Below, piece after piece: positions 52,801 to 64,000 of a stretch of DNA of 64,000 bases. Position numbers and translations under genes: made by a program. Below the pieces are notes generated by a model. The model had not been told where the DNA came from. It saw only the letters and a program-made list of their open reading frames with translations, and did no database searches. Position 1 is the first letter of the stretch, and each line of letters begins with the position of its first letter. The DNA lies in contig OY986947.1 in NCBI GenBank assembly GCA_963920595.1, forward strand, positions 4,278,001 to 4,342,000. Reading direction: 5' to 3'. The DNA is from Eimeria praecox (lineage: Eukaryota).

Positions 52801-55800
52801 TATCTATTTGAAAAGAAAGCATAGCCGCTCCTATCTGCATTATGTGAGGCTATATTCCCCGACAAATTCAGCTCCCCCGATGCATGCGCAAACCCATACT
52901 TTGATGTTTCCGTTTGTCTTGCGGATCGCCTCGACTTCGTGGTCCTTCATGTCCGTGAGCTCCTTCACCTGAACCACAGACCCAACATGAAGACGTATTT
53001 AATTATCTGACCCACCGTGCGCACTGTCACGAGTTCTGCTCAGCCTCCACCACCAGTGGTGCAGCGACCTGCCCTGCTGTGCAAGGAAAAGCAGCAAAAG
53101 CCCATGCAGACAAGAGACCACCAAGCGCATTGGATGCATGCGAGAGCAACAAGAAGCCGACTTCAAAACACATCTACGGGCAAACAGAAGGCCTTGAGAC
53201 GGCAAAGAGTGCGGTTGGAATCCCACTGCAGGCTACAGCTGCAAAGGACCGTACATCACCCAACCTCCTAAGGCCGCTAACCTGTACATAGAGGTTCTTC
53301 TTTATTGGAGGGAACTTGCATGACGCATGGTCAACAAGAGGCAGCTCCTTTTTGAGTCCAACTCGCTGCACCCGCCACAGAAGCACAATACAATGTCGCT
53401 GCCTCTACCCGCTCCACGGAGCTGAAGTCCAACAGCAACCTACAGAGAGTCCTAAGCCTACTAAAACCTGTTCTTCCTTAATAAGCCCCTAATCTGCACC
53501 GGCAATTGTAGTCTTGAACCTCACCTTGACAAGGTCGAAGTAGGACAGGTTGGCGAGCTGCTCCTTAGCTTGCGAGTCGTTGTCATCGTCTTTCTTTCCC
53601 TGTTCCGAAGCTTTATCTTCCGCTGTTCCTGCACCGGTTTCGGCTGCCTGTTTAGCATCTTCCTCATCTTCCTCATGGTCGGAGTATATCGGCGCTTCTT
53701 CGTCCTCAACTTCGTCTTCATTAGAGCCTGGTCCCTTACCTTCACCAGAGGCACTGCCCCCAGAGCTTGGACGCCCCTTGGAGCGGCCTTTCCGCAACGT
53801 CTCTAGAAACAGTTGGTGATATTTCGCTTCCTCGGGGTCAATTTCTTCTGCTGCTGTTGGTGCTGCTGCTTCAGCTGGCGGCTCTCCACCCTCTGCCTTG
53901 ACGCCATCACGCCCGACCGCGCTCGCCGAGGGAGCAGCAGTAGCAGCGGCGCCTTCTGGAGGTGCGGCGGCTGTTGGCCCTGCTGCAGCTGTTTCGGCAG
54001 CACCCGAGGGGGAAGCTCCTGCTGATTCTGCTGTTGGCTCGCGCTTGACTCGAGAAATATCTGACACTGGCGGAGAGGCTGCAGCAGCTGAGGAGCCGCC
54101 GGGTGTTTCCTCCTTTACTCCTTCAACTTTGGTGTCACCAGCAGCAGTGTCCACAGGCGCAGGTGCTGCAGCTGGTGCAGCTGACGTTGCGGCAGCTGCT
54201 GCTGCAGTAGCTGCTGTTGCAGTAGCTGCCGCTGCAGTAGCTGCTGGTGCAGTAGCTGCTGGTGCAGCAGCTGCTGGTTTCGCCACCGCGCTCGGAGGAA
54301 GGTACGTAGCTTCCACCTCCTGCCATCTGCTGATCTCCTCCAATGAAATGCTTTGGGGCCTGGGCGGCTGTGAGCTGCGGCTCGAGATACACTCCAGGGC
54401 CTCCACTTCACCTGTATCTTCGGCCTTTGCTGCACTCAGCTGTCACACGGAAGGCAAAAGCACAAACAATACAAGGAGGATAAGAGGCTGCCAGCAATCA
54501 TGAATGACAAATCAGAAGCAACAGCAACAAAGGTCAAAAGCGAAGTGAAGCCGCGAAACGCACAAGCCTCTACAAACGCAACGCAGTAGCAGCAGCGAAT
54601 CCTGCATACCTCTTCCTTCGCTTCCGTCTCAAGAGCAGACATGAAGGCATCTAGCAAATCTGCATCTCCCTTGGCAGCTTCTGGAGCTGCCTCAGCTGTC
54701 TTGTGCTGGAGCTGCTTCAGCAGCAGCGCTTGCTGGTGCTTCTTTAGACGGTTGCGAGACATCGGTTTGGGGGGCTTCATCTTTCCCTTGCCCCCATCAG
54801 TCGCAACAGCAGCTGACGCCGTCTCTGAATTCGGTGCTGCTGCTGCAGCAGGAGGTGTCTCTGCTTGCTGTTCCCGCTCATCAGTTGCATCCATGGCGCC
54901 CTCTGCGGGTTGTTGTTGCGCCTCTTTCTGTCCTGCAGCAGTGACAGTAGCAGCGGACGCTGAAGCCGCAGCGAGTGCTGCAGAAGCAACAGCTTGAGCA
55001 GCGGCAATAGCAGCAGCAGCTGCTGCTGCTGAAGCGGCAGTCGTGCTTCCAGTGGAAGCGCTATCTGTTGCCGCTTTGCTGCTGCTGGAGCTGCCCAAGG
55101 CGAACTTCACGTTCGGCATAGTAGGCAACCAGTCTTTGAATGCGTTACTGTTGTTGTTGCTGCTGCTGCTGCTGTCTGCTGCCGCCGCCCCTGCAGTTCC
55201 GTCTTTCTGTGAGGACGTATCTTGGCTCTGTGCGCCTTTCTCTGGCATTTGCTTCTGCCTCTTCAGGGCTCTAAATCTCTCTAGGCGGCTTGCCTTGTCG
55301 CTGCTGCTGCTCTTGCTGCTGCCTGCTGCAGCATCTCCTTGCTTCCCATCCGGGGCAGCCCCGCTCCCCTTTGGTGCATCAGAGGCTCCAGCTTTGTCGT
55401 CCTTCAGGCTGCTGCTGCTGCTGCTGCTGTTGCTCTGCGAGGGTGACAGGCTGCGCTTCGCCGGAACCACCCCGTTCAAGGCCTCAGACGAAGCAGATTC
55501 GCTTTTCCCAGTGGGCTGCTGCTGCTGCTGCTCTTTCTGTTGCTGCTGCTTGGGCGACAGTTCCTCTTGACGTTCCCTGCGAGAGGCCCCAGCTTCCCCT
55601 TGGCGGTCAGCTGCAGGAGACTCCCTGCGCCGCGAGTCCCCTTTCTTGCTGCTGCTGCTGCTGGAGCTGCTGCTGCTGGAGCTGCCGCTGCTGGAGCTGC
55701 TGCTGCTGGAGCTGCTGCTGCTGGAGCTGCTGCTGCTCTTGGAACTGCTGCTACTGGTGCTCGTGGTGCTGCGGGTGGGGCTATGCCGCCCTTTGGTGCT

Positions 55801-56622
55801 GTCAAAGCGCCGGCTTTCTGTGCGGGATGAAGGCCGCACTCGATCTTCTTCGCGTTGTCTGCTGCTGCTGCTGCCATCCTCACGATGCTTGCTGCTGCTG
55901 CTGCCATCGTCGCGATGTCTGCTGCTGCTGCCGCCATCCTCGCGATGTCTGCTGCTACTGCTGCCATCCTCACGATTTCTGCTGCTGCTGACATCCTCGC
56001 GATGTCTGCTGCTGCTCCCATCCTCCCGATGTCTGCTGCTGCTGCTGCCATCCTCACGATTCCGGCTGCTGCTGGCATCTTCACGATGCCTGCTGCTGCT
56101 GGCATCCTCCCGATGCCTGCTGTTGCTTCTGCTGCGCTGTTTCGCAGTGCTGCGGCTGGGGGCCCGTCCTGCTGAAGTCCTTTCCCTCGAGCGCGACCGG
56201 TTGCTGCTACCGACTCGGCGGCTATCCTCTCTTGACTCCCTTTCCCTTTCAGAAACGCGGCTACTGCTTTTCAAGCAACTGCGGCTATTGGAACTGCTAC
56301 TGCTGCTACCGCTGCTGCTGCTGCTGCTGCTGTCGGTATCTCCCCATCCCCGCATTCGGCCTACTGGCTTTCGACTTGAGTGGGAGCGGTCTCGAAACTC
56401 TCTGCCCTCTTCTGACTCTCTACCTGTGTTTCTGGTTCTGTCTCCATCTTTGCCGTGGCTGGAGCCACTGGAACGGTAGCTATCTCTGTTTTCCTTGCGA
56501 GAGCCCTCGGTGTGGCTGGCCTCCCTGGCGGATCTGTGTTCGGGGCTTCTGCTGCTGTGCCGGTGACGAGCTGCTGACTCGCTGTGCCGGCTCGAGGCAC
56601 GGCTGATGTCGGAAGATGGCAT
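46890..56622 (-). CDS. DDX46: DEAD-box RNA helicase Prp5/DDX46 with RS/Ser-rich N-terminus (multi-exon)
   Basis: [111 protein letters not shown], and C-terminal GRYSVV* (TAG 46890-46892). Confidence 0.95.
54185..54277. repeat. Degenerate CAG/GCAGTAGCTGCT repeat encoding an Ala-rich tract in DDX46
   Basis: gcagtagctgct(gtt/ggt) units seen directly. Confidence 0.8.
55647..55755. repeat. (CTG)n / 15-bp GCTGCTGCTGGAGCT repeat encoding poly-Ser in DDX46
   Basis: Seen directly; typical eimeriid CAG homopolymeric amino-acid repeat. Confidence 0.9.
55844..56118 (-). repeat. Coding minisatellite, about 10 copies of a 27-30 bp unit encoding R(H/N)RED(G/A/V)SSS(S)
   Basis: Units visible in the 54436..56622 ORF translation and in the DNA (gctgctgctgccatcctcgcgatgtct variants). 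Confidence 0.92.
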
Positions 56623-58497
56623 TTCGTTGCCGCCGTCCTTTTGAAAGAGCCGAGGGGAGGGGAGGCGAGGGATGCGAATGGTACTTTAGGGTGTATGAAC
56701 TCAGTCCGCCGGGACCCACATGAAGGAGAACTTCGGGATCCACAAACCCTGCCTTATTCAAGAGCCAGCAACGCAGAGGCCGCCTCGTCCTATCGCATGT
56801 TGTGTGCAGCACGAGAGGACGCTAACGAGTTGCGAAGGAGAACAGGGGCCCCCAAGTTCCCTCTGTAGACCCGCAACAGACGGGATAGGCCCAAAAATGC
56901 GCTTGATATGGAAGCTAAGGAGCAATGAACTCAGAAAGTCGTAAACTACGAAACAAACGGCCAGGGCGCCATGTTCCCTGTCTGTCCTGTCCGACGATGG
57001 TGGTTCTCTCCACTTCGGGCTATCGCCTTCTCTTCTTCTCAAACAATTCAGTGTCTATTCTGTTCAAGTTTAATCCTTAAAACAAAAGAGATTAAAGGAT
57101 CCACAGAGGACAGCGGCTCCCGCGCAAGTGTACATATAAATGGCATGCAAGTTCGGGGCGCAGCGGCAGGCTTCGATGCAATTTGGTTGCTTAACAGCAC
57201 CCCCTAATGGAGTTTTCAAAGTCTACACTTCTTCTGTTGTACTTTATTGATCTAGTAATTAGGAGAACTGAGCGTGTAGTGCTTTAAATGCGAGCTTCTG
57301 TTTCGTTTCGGTGCACGCGAGGCAGGGAGGGTTGGCCGGCGCTCAGCAGCTCTAAGCGCGTTAATGCTGCTGTTGGTACAACCCTTCAAAAGTACGACTG
57401 CCAAAAGTTTGTGGGAATTTCCAGTGGGCGATTCACAGTTTGCCTTTCCCTGCTCTGAGCATCATTAGCAGGCAGAGGCTCTCTACAGAGCCACGCATGG
57501 AATCAGATTCCTTGATCGAAGCCGAGGACAGCCGTGAACAGCATTACAGTGGCAATACTTGACATAAGGGCTCCTTAAAGTAGTTTTAACCAATAACTAA
57601 CCACTAAACGCTCTGGGAAAGGTGACATAGGGTCCCATGGCAGGCGCTGGACTGGGGTTCCGTTACCCCAGATTAAGGGCTGTGCTGTCTAGAGCCGCAG
57701 TAGACTGAACAATTTTAGATAGAAGCTCTACTAAAGCACGTAGAATCCACCTTCAGTCTCCAGGCTTCCTGGACACAGCAGCCCAACGGCCTTTATCTTG
57801 TGGAACGAGGAGCGGGCCGACTATGAATTGTAGCATACCTTGCTGCAGCGCATGCTGCGAGGCACCACTTGGTCAAAGTACAACTAAGCCTCCTTTGCTG
57901 CATACTTTAACAGTGGTAACACTTGTTAACCATTCGCTTGGCGTTCCAAAGAGAGCCTGAGCGCCAGTAGAGGTACAAGCACCAGCGTCGAACAAACCAT
58001 GCTACACAGGGGTGAAGCGCTGCCTGATCTGTCGTATGCTGGTATTAAGTGCATTCCTACTTGTACGTGGGCTGGCTACTGAGGGCCAAGGAGGCGCCCA
58101 ACACTTGCCCATAATCGTAACGCATGCAGCGCTGGAGCTTGACTATGTTGGCATAGGGGGTTGTCTTGCAGCATGGGAGTGCAGCAAGATATGTTGAGTC
58201 CCATGACAGGGGTTCTCCTGTAATCACCACCGCCGGGGCCTTGAAGATTTGTGCTCATGGCACCTGAAAGCTGAGCGGGGAAGTTAAAGCTGCTTTTGGG
58301 TGAAATGACAGTCCTCGATGTTAGTTGAGGACCCCCATAAGCTGCAACGGAATCGAAAAGTTAAAGAAAAAAGCTCTCAAAAGCAAATGCTCTCCCCTCC
58401 ACCCTCCACGCATCCTGAGGCCCGCTGCCTAAGGGCCTAGGCTTGGGGGGTACGGGCGGCCCTGCTAGAGGCTGCAGCATGCGTTGCTGCAGCAACT

Positions 58498-58711
58498 GCG
58501 AAGGCATTTTAGTGGGGCATTACTGACACTGAGATACGAGAGATACGAAAGTTAAGATAGCGAATGGGATTAGATACCCCAGTAGTCTTAACTGTAAACG
58601 ATGGATACTCGGAATCAAATATAATAAATATTTTATTCCTTAGCTAACGCGCTGAGTATCCCGCCTGAGTAGTACGCTCGCAAGAGTAAAACCCAAGGGA
58701 ATTGACGGGGG
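58498..58711 (+). pseudogene. Fragment of 16S-type SSU rRNA, probably apicoplast-derived (NUPT)
   Basis: GCGAAGGC..ACTGACACTGAG..CGAAAG..GGGATTAGATACCCCAGTAGTC..TGTAAACGATGGATACT..GCTAACGCG..CCGCCTGAGTAGTACG..CGCAAG..AAACcCAAgGGAATTGACGGGG corresponds to the 16S central domain. It has a very AT-rich variable loop and plastid-type GATACCCCAG/ATGGATACT wording, and is isolated in intergenic DNA. Confidence 0.88.
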
Positions 58712-59791
58712 GAGCAGGGCTTTCTCCACCTGGATGCACAAACAGTACGCCTTTGCTGCATGCTGCAGCATTGTAAACTATAGTGTACACTGTCTTTAAA
58801 TGCTCACTTGATTCTCCGTATTTAACCTGCGAGTTAGTAGCCATACGGGTACCGACATCACGCAGAGCATACCACACTGGGTGCCTTTCTTCTCTGGCAT
58901 TTTGAATGTATGAATGTATTACTGATGACGACGGTTCTCCGTTCGATCAAGGATTCTCATTGTGGGGCAATCGTCATGAGTTGCAGCCCATTTTGATGCA
59001 ACTGCTGTTGCAAGGTAGCCCCAAAGGCGAGCCGTAAGCCCCAATTCCCCTTTGGAGGCATGCAGTAGCAAGGTAGCCAGCTGCCCAGCACTTGCGTGGC
59101 TCTGAGCAGCCAGCCTGTGAGCACGTGGAAATACCTACTATACGAATTTTGGGCATATCAAGCTACAATGCTGCGGAAGAGTCTGTGGGGAAATAGAACT
59201 GCAGCCAAGGGAAACAACAATAAAGGTGAGAAAGGCAAGCCGTTTCGGCGCCGTAGCACACCCTACTCGTGGCAGTACGTACTACAAATGCTACCACTCA
59301 TAAGCCGAAGCCACCGATACGCATTTCCGGACAACCGCAGTTCAGCATGGGCAGAGTGAACTATCTCTGGGCCCCTCAAAGCAAGAAGAGTTCTTCGTGA
59401 GGCCCCCAGGTCTGAATTAACCATTAAAGAGGGCCATAATAATGTGTTCAATTGTTGCGAGGCCGCTGCTGCACAGCTTCTATTGCGGCGTATCCGCCGC
59501 ACTGGGCGGATGCCTCCCATCCTCGATAGCATTGTTTGGCCCGCCGGTTTGTGCAGTGTGTTGCCCCAACTTTCCTGTGAAACCGGCGGCCGAAATGGAA
59601 GGCTTGGGGTTGCTAAGCACATTGTTAGGTGGCGAGGCAACCTGGAGCTCGGTGTAGACAATAGAGCCGACCAGAATGCCTCGTTTGCATCTTTTGTATC
59701 AAAATGCTTATACTACACTTCTAAGGAACTACAAAGTGGCCCTATGCACGCATTCACTACTGGTGAGGACGGTGATTTTCCGTTGTGGCCG

Positions 59792-60695
59792 TCACTCGAT
59801 GGCGCGTTGCGGGGCTGTAGAGATGTGCTGATACAAGGAGCTGGTGTCATCTTGAAATTGGTAATATGCCCAAATTCCGATTAAGGCGACAACAACCATA
59901 ACTACTATCAAACTCGCAGAAGCGCCTGCCTTGGCGGCTCTCGGCGCCTGAGAGAGGCAAGCGCTCACAGGCACAGCAACCCAAACCCAAGAAAAATGGA
60001 GACAGACAAACAAGCCAGAATATTAAAATGCACAGGAAATCATCGTAAAGTAAAATTATTTTCTTGGGAAGAGCACATTCGCATCTGCATTCAGATACTC
60101 GCGGAATCTGCATTCAGCAATACAAAGACTCACCGAACTCGCTTTGTCTCCCTTCACTTTTGGAGGCGTACATCGGCGCAAATTCGTTTCTCCCTTGACT
60201 CTGCCAATGATGTATTCATCAGCCATTATGCGAGCGTCTGATGTGTGTCCAATGTCCTCAAACGTTTCAGTTGCATCTTGACCTGCAAGCAGTGCAACAC
60301 AGAACAACCAACCATAATAGCCGTAAAAGACACGCTCTTCCTCCCGAAAACTAAATGTCAAACGTAAAACAAAAACAGCCCTCGCTGAGGTGGGAGGGAA
60401 ATGAGTTGAATACAGGCCCCACGCAGCATACTTCCACAATGTTGCAGCTAGCGCTGCTGAGCAGCAGACCATCGTACCCAAAAAAACACAAGCAAAAAAA
60501 TTAACTCTCATCGTGTTGCGTTTTTTCTGATATACCTGCAACTTCGAGAATAATATGGTGACCTCCTGGGTGCAGTTTCAGGAACTTCGTCAAGTCGTAG
60601 ACGAGGCCGTGGAACACACACCAGCAACTCTGTACGTCTGTGTGTTTTTTGATTTCCTCCCACGAAAGTTCGGGAAGCTTCAGCAAGTCCTCCAT
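59792..60695 (-). CDS. Cytochrome b5 with C-terminal membrane anchor (3 exons)
   Basis: SWEEIKKH..CWCVFHGLVYDLTKFLKLHPGG..|GQDATETFEDIGHTSDAR..YIIGRV, then hydrophobic LIVVMVVVALIGIWAYY. Confidence 0.93.
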
Positions 60696-61701
60696 GGTGA
60701 TGCTTCAAATATACACTCTGGCGGGTTTATGTTTCTGCTGCGAGTTCCTGCAGCACCCTCGGTAACTCAACAACTCCCCCTCTCTGCTCTACCCCGCTGC
60801 AAGCAAATGACGCGGAATATCGCTAGAACACGCAGAAGACGCAAACGTAAAACAATAAGAGTATTTTACTAAATACTTATTCTCGCGCTGAGATGAGACA
60901 CTGGAGGAGCTGCCAAATCACGCAGACTCTCCCGCGGACCTGCCGAAGGTTCGGCGCAGGCCAGCAAACTGTCTGGACGCCGGTGGAAGCAAGTCCTCCT
61001 CAAACTGCAAACGATTCAAAAGCTAAACAACCCCTGTAATGGGGAACACCACAACTAAGTGGAGAACTTGAATTTCGGTACGAGAGGAACCCGCGAGAGG
61101 CGTCTCCCACAGAGAGTAGCTGCAGCCCTTCTTGCACCCCTAGTCTGTTGCTCTTCAGCAGAACACCAGACCTAGCAGCTCGGTTGTAAAATTTAACAAG
61201 AAAACTCGCTGCAATAAACACTTTCACCAAGAGGATCTTTCGGCTTCTGTGGGATTACCCACGGAAACCCGTGCCATTTCGGCGGTTTCTCTCCCAGCCT
61301 GTTTCTGCTTCGTCGGCAACCCCCGGCCCAAACCTTCTTCCGACTACAGTTTGCAGCCTTAGACAGATACATAACACTCCCTGAACTCTCCCTGCAGCTC
61401 ATCATCTATTAAAATCCCTCGCTTTCTTGCAGGCTGAGGCTCGCCAGCCAGCCCCCCTACCCGCGCCCTCATGACGCCGACTGTCCACGTGGGCTGAATA
61501 TACCTAGCGCTTAGGTTTGAGGACTTGCGAACGTTCTTTAGATCGGCAAGGTAACGTAAAAACGGAAGTTCCCCGCACCTTCCAGCAAAAAAAACGCCCT
61601 CACCCGCCCACTGGCCTCACTAGGCTCGGCGAGTGCTTGTGTGCTGCTGCGGCAGCTGCCGGCTGCCTAAGACATCATTGAAAACAGAAGGAACCGCCAC
61701 A

Positions 61702-64000
61702 ATGGCTGGGCAGCAGCGAAAACGCAAGACAGGGACGGCGGGGGCGGCGAGAGATGGCGGGGCGGGGGAGCCCACAGACCAACAGCGGCAGCCGCAACAG
61801 CAGCAGCAACAAACTGCTTCCGACGCCGTCTCAGGAGCTGAGGAGCCCCTGAGTCCTCGGAAGACGGGAGGCAACCTCGGTAGAAATGCGCGAAATGAAA
61901 AGGGACAGAAAGCAAAGAACGTATTCTTGAAGGCCGCAGCTCTCGATATGTCCGATGATGAAGACGCCCAGTCTTGGTGAGCAACGGCTGCTATGCCTGC
62001 AGCATTTGCAGTGTTTGGTGCCTTTCAAAGGCTGACTGAATCGATCCCTCTGAATATCCGCCTAATAGGCTTTTTAAATTGGAAAGCGTTGCGCATGTAA
62101 AGCGCGCAGTTAACGCAGCTACCGCCGCATGCACACACCCCAGCCTCTCTCTCTCTCCCTACCTCACACAACTGCAATTTTTTGTTTTTCCGTCGTCTCT
62201 GAGTTATACGGAGCGCTTCGCTTGTGCTGTCGTTCTTCGCACTTCCTTGGACTGCTGCAGGTCGGGGTCTGCTGGGCCCGTGTTGAACACAGCAGCCGAT
62301 CAGGAACGGATACGAAAGGAAAAGGAAAGAAGGAAAGCTAAGAGAGAACAGGTGAGGGTCATCCATATGGTGGCCCCTTATGTAATTTCAAAGATGCATT
62401 TCCGTCCATGTGTTGCAATTGAATTCATATTTGTAGGAAAGCGCATCCGGATTTGCATGCTAGGCAGATTGCAGTTGCGGGGGAAACAGACATACGCACA
62501 CTCACACAAGCAAGTGGAGGGCCCCTCAGAGGGCCTCCAAGCACTCGTTTTGGGTAGTATGGGGAATGAAGGCCTCTGTCGCATGCAGTGAAGCTTGAAC
62601 TGCTGTTGCCTCATCTGCTGCTGCTGTCGTTGCTGCGGCTGCAGGATCGCAATAGAAGCAACAGGGAAGGCAACAACAAGCAAAAGAAAGCAACAAAGGG
62701 TTCTCCTCTTTCGGGCCTGTTGCACTTCTTCTCGGGCAGAGATTTCCGATCCTGGCTGATGCCCTTTTTAGTCTTGGCTGGGATAGTAGGTAGGGCTGTG
62801 GTGCATTGTTAAGTGCAGATACATCTGCAAATGCATTCTTCCCCGATGCTTTCTGAAGGTGTTGATGCGCCTCAAAACCCCTTAAAAGTTGAACTGCACG
62901 GTGCAGATGAATCCCTTCTACAACTTGACTTCCCGTGTTCTGTGTTCGTTTGCTCGCATGCATGCGAAGTTGGCAACATTCTTCTTGCTGCTTTTCCGCT
63001 TGCTGCCCAGGCATATTTGTACTTAAAGCCCTGGAAGAGTACTACGGCATGGATGGAGATGTCAGCGGGGAGCAGCGGCTGCAGCACTTGAGTGTGCTGG
63101 GTCTGGACGACGGGGCAACGGAAAGCGACATAAGACGATCTTACAGGACTTTGTCTGTCCGGTGGTGCGTAAGCAGTTGGGTTTTCATGCATTTGCCCCC
63201 AAGGAAGCATATATATTGCACTGAAGCGCTAGAAGAAGACCAAAGGGCTATTTACCGCCATTTGCTTCCGTGCGAATGAGCCGCAGGCACCCTGACCGCT
63301 ATCCAAACTGCGGCGCGAGCTGCCAACAGCGTTTTCACGAAATCGCAGCAGCTTATGAATATCTGATGAGGAAGCAGCGAAAGTCCAAGGTGGATGATGA
63401 AGAAGAGGCCGGGGGGGAAGGAAAACAAGGTGACGAGTTCGCTAACCTAAAAATTACGTCTCAGGGTATTGTTGATTTCTCAAGCTTAGGGCCCAATGAC
63501 GTGTTTCCCCCAACCACTGACACGAAAAACGTTTGGTCTATCATGGTAAGGCACACGTGCGTACACCTACATGTATATTATATGTATGCATACATAGCTA
63601 CATATATGTGCACATCTGCGTTGCACTTTATATAGGGAACACAGCAACAAGGCTGTATATGACGTGTCCCGCACAGTATTCCTTAGGATATAAGAACGCC
63701 TGCATGTTATTGCAGCGGTAGAACAATGTCTGAAGGGCCTCCGAATCAAGATGAATTTCATGTTTACATCTGATTGCGTGGTGACTGTTCTGCATGCCAC
63801 TGCTCAGGTGCATCAAGACAAAGATGACTGGAGCCAATCGGTTTATGAGATGTGGCAGGAATCCTGTGGGTGCAGACGCCGGTCCCCCTGTCCTATGTTT
63901 GTTGCCTTAGCTCGTGATCACAGGGTTCTTGATACCGTGTTGCTTATCGGTGGCTATTTGTCTTGTATGAATGCTGAGGATAGCGTGGTGACATGCATTT
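61702..64000 (+). CDS. Membrane-associated DnaJ (J-domain) protein, multi-exon, 3' end beyond window or unresolved
   Basis: LSVLGLDDGATESDIRRSYRTLSVRW|HPDRYPNC...RFHEIAAAYEYL. Basic N-terminus, with a hydrophobic segment WLMPFLVLAG..FVLKAL before the J-domain. Confidence 0.85.

Noticed and set aside
55043..56606. Long + strand ORFs (poly-Leu, poly-Cys, poly-Ala)
   Set aside because: Antisense/alternate-frame shadows of the CAG-rich DDX46 exon; CAG repeats contain no stops.
7420..56622. Apparent clustering of RNA-processing genes (RAE1, SDE2, SLBP, DDX46)
   Set aside because: Interspersed with unrelated genes in mixed orientation; no evidence of co-regulation.
63581..63596. 16-bp palindrome TATGTATGCATACATA
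   Set aside because: Lies in intronic low-complexity alternating purine-pyrimidine sequence, where palindromes are expected.
1..64000. tRNAs, snRNAs, CRISPR arrays, prokaryotic operons or defence systems
   Set aside because: None recognisable; the sequence is eukaryotic and its repeats are coding microsatellites/minisatellites without spacers.

Overview
Eukaryotic, intron-rich nuclear DNA that looks like an eimeriid coccidian (Eimeria/Cyclospora-like). This is inferred from GT-AG introns, CAG-repeat homopolymer tracts, TGCATGCA motifs, decayed Ty3/Gypsy relics and an apicoplast-type rRNA insert. I could hand-assemble 13 protein genes: PTRHD1-like peptidyl-tRNA hydrolase, Rae1/Gle2, SDE2, an aquaporin, an SLBP-domain protein, RPS15A, a PMP34-like carrier, a Vti1-like SNARE, a divergent centrin, a cyclic-nucleotide-binding-domain channel, Prp5/DDX46, cytochrome b5 and a J-domain protein running off the right edge. 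The most striking observation concerns the aquaporin. Its core exon (20685-21451) is preceded by two homologous two-exon 5' cassettes (124+123 nt each, identical splice phases, 4.3 kb apart), which suggests alternative-promoter 'variable N-terminus + constant channel' isoforms. Intergenic DNA holds decayed LTR-retrotransposon pol fragments (one RT-less, with a 28S rRNA piece between RNase H and integrase) and a plastid SSU rRNA fragment. All gene models and similarities were read by eye; no searches were run.
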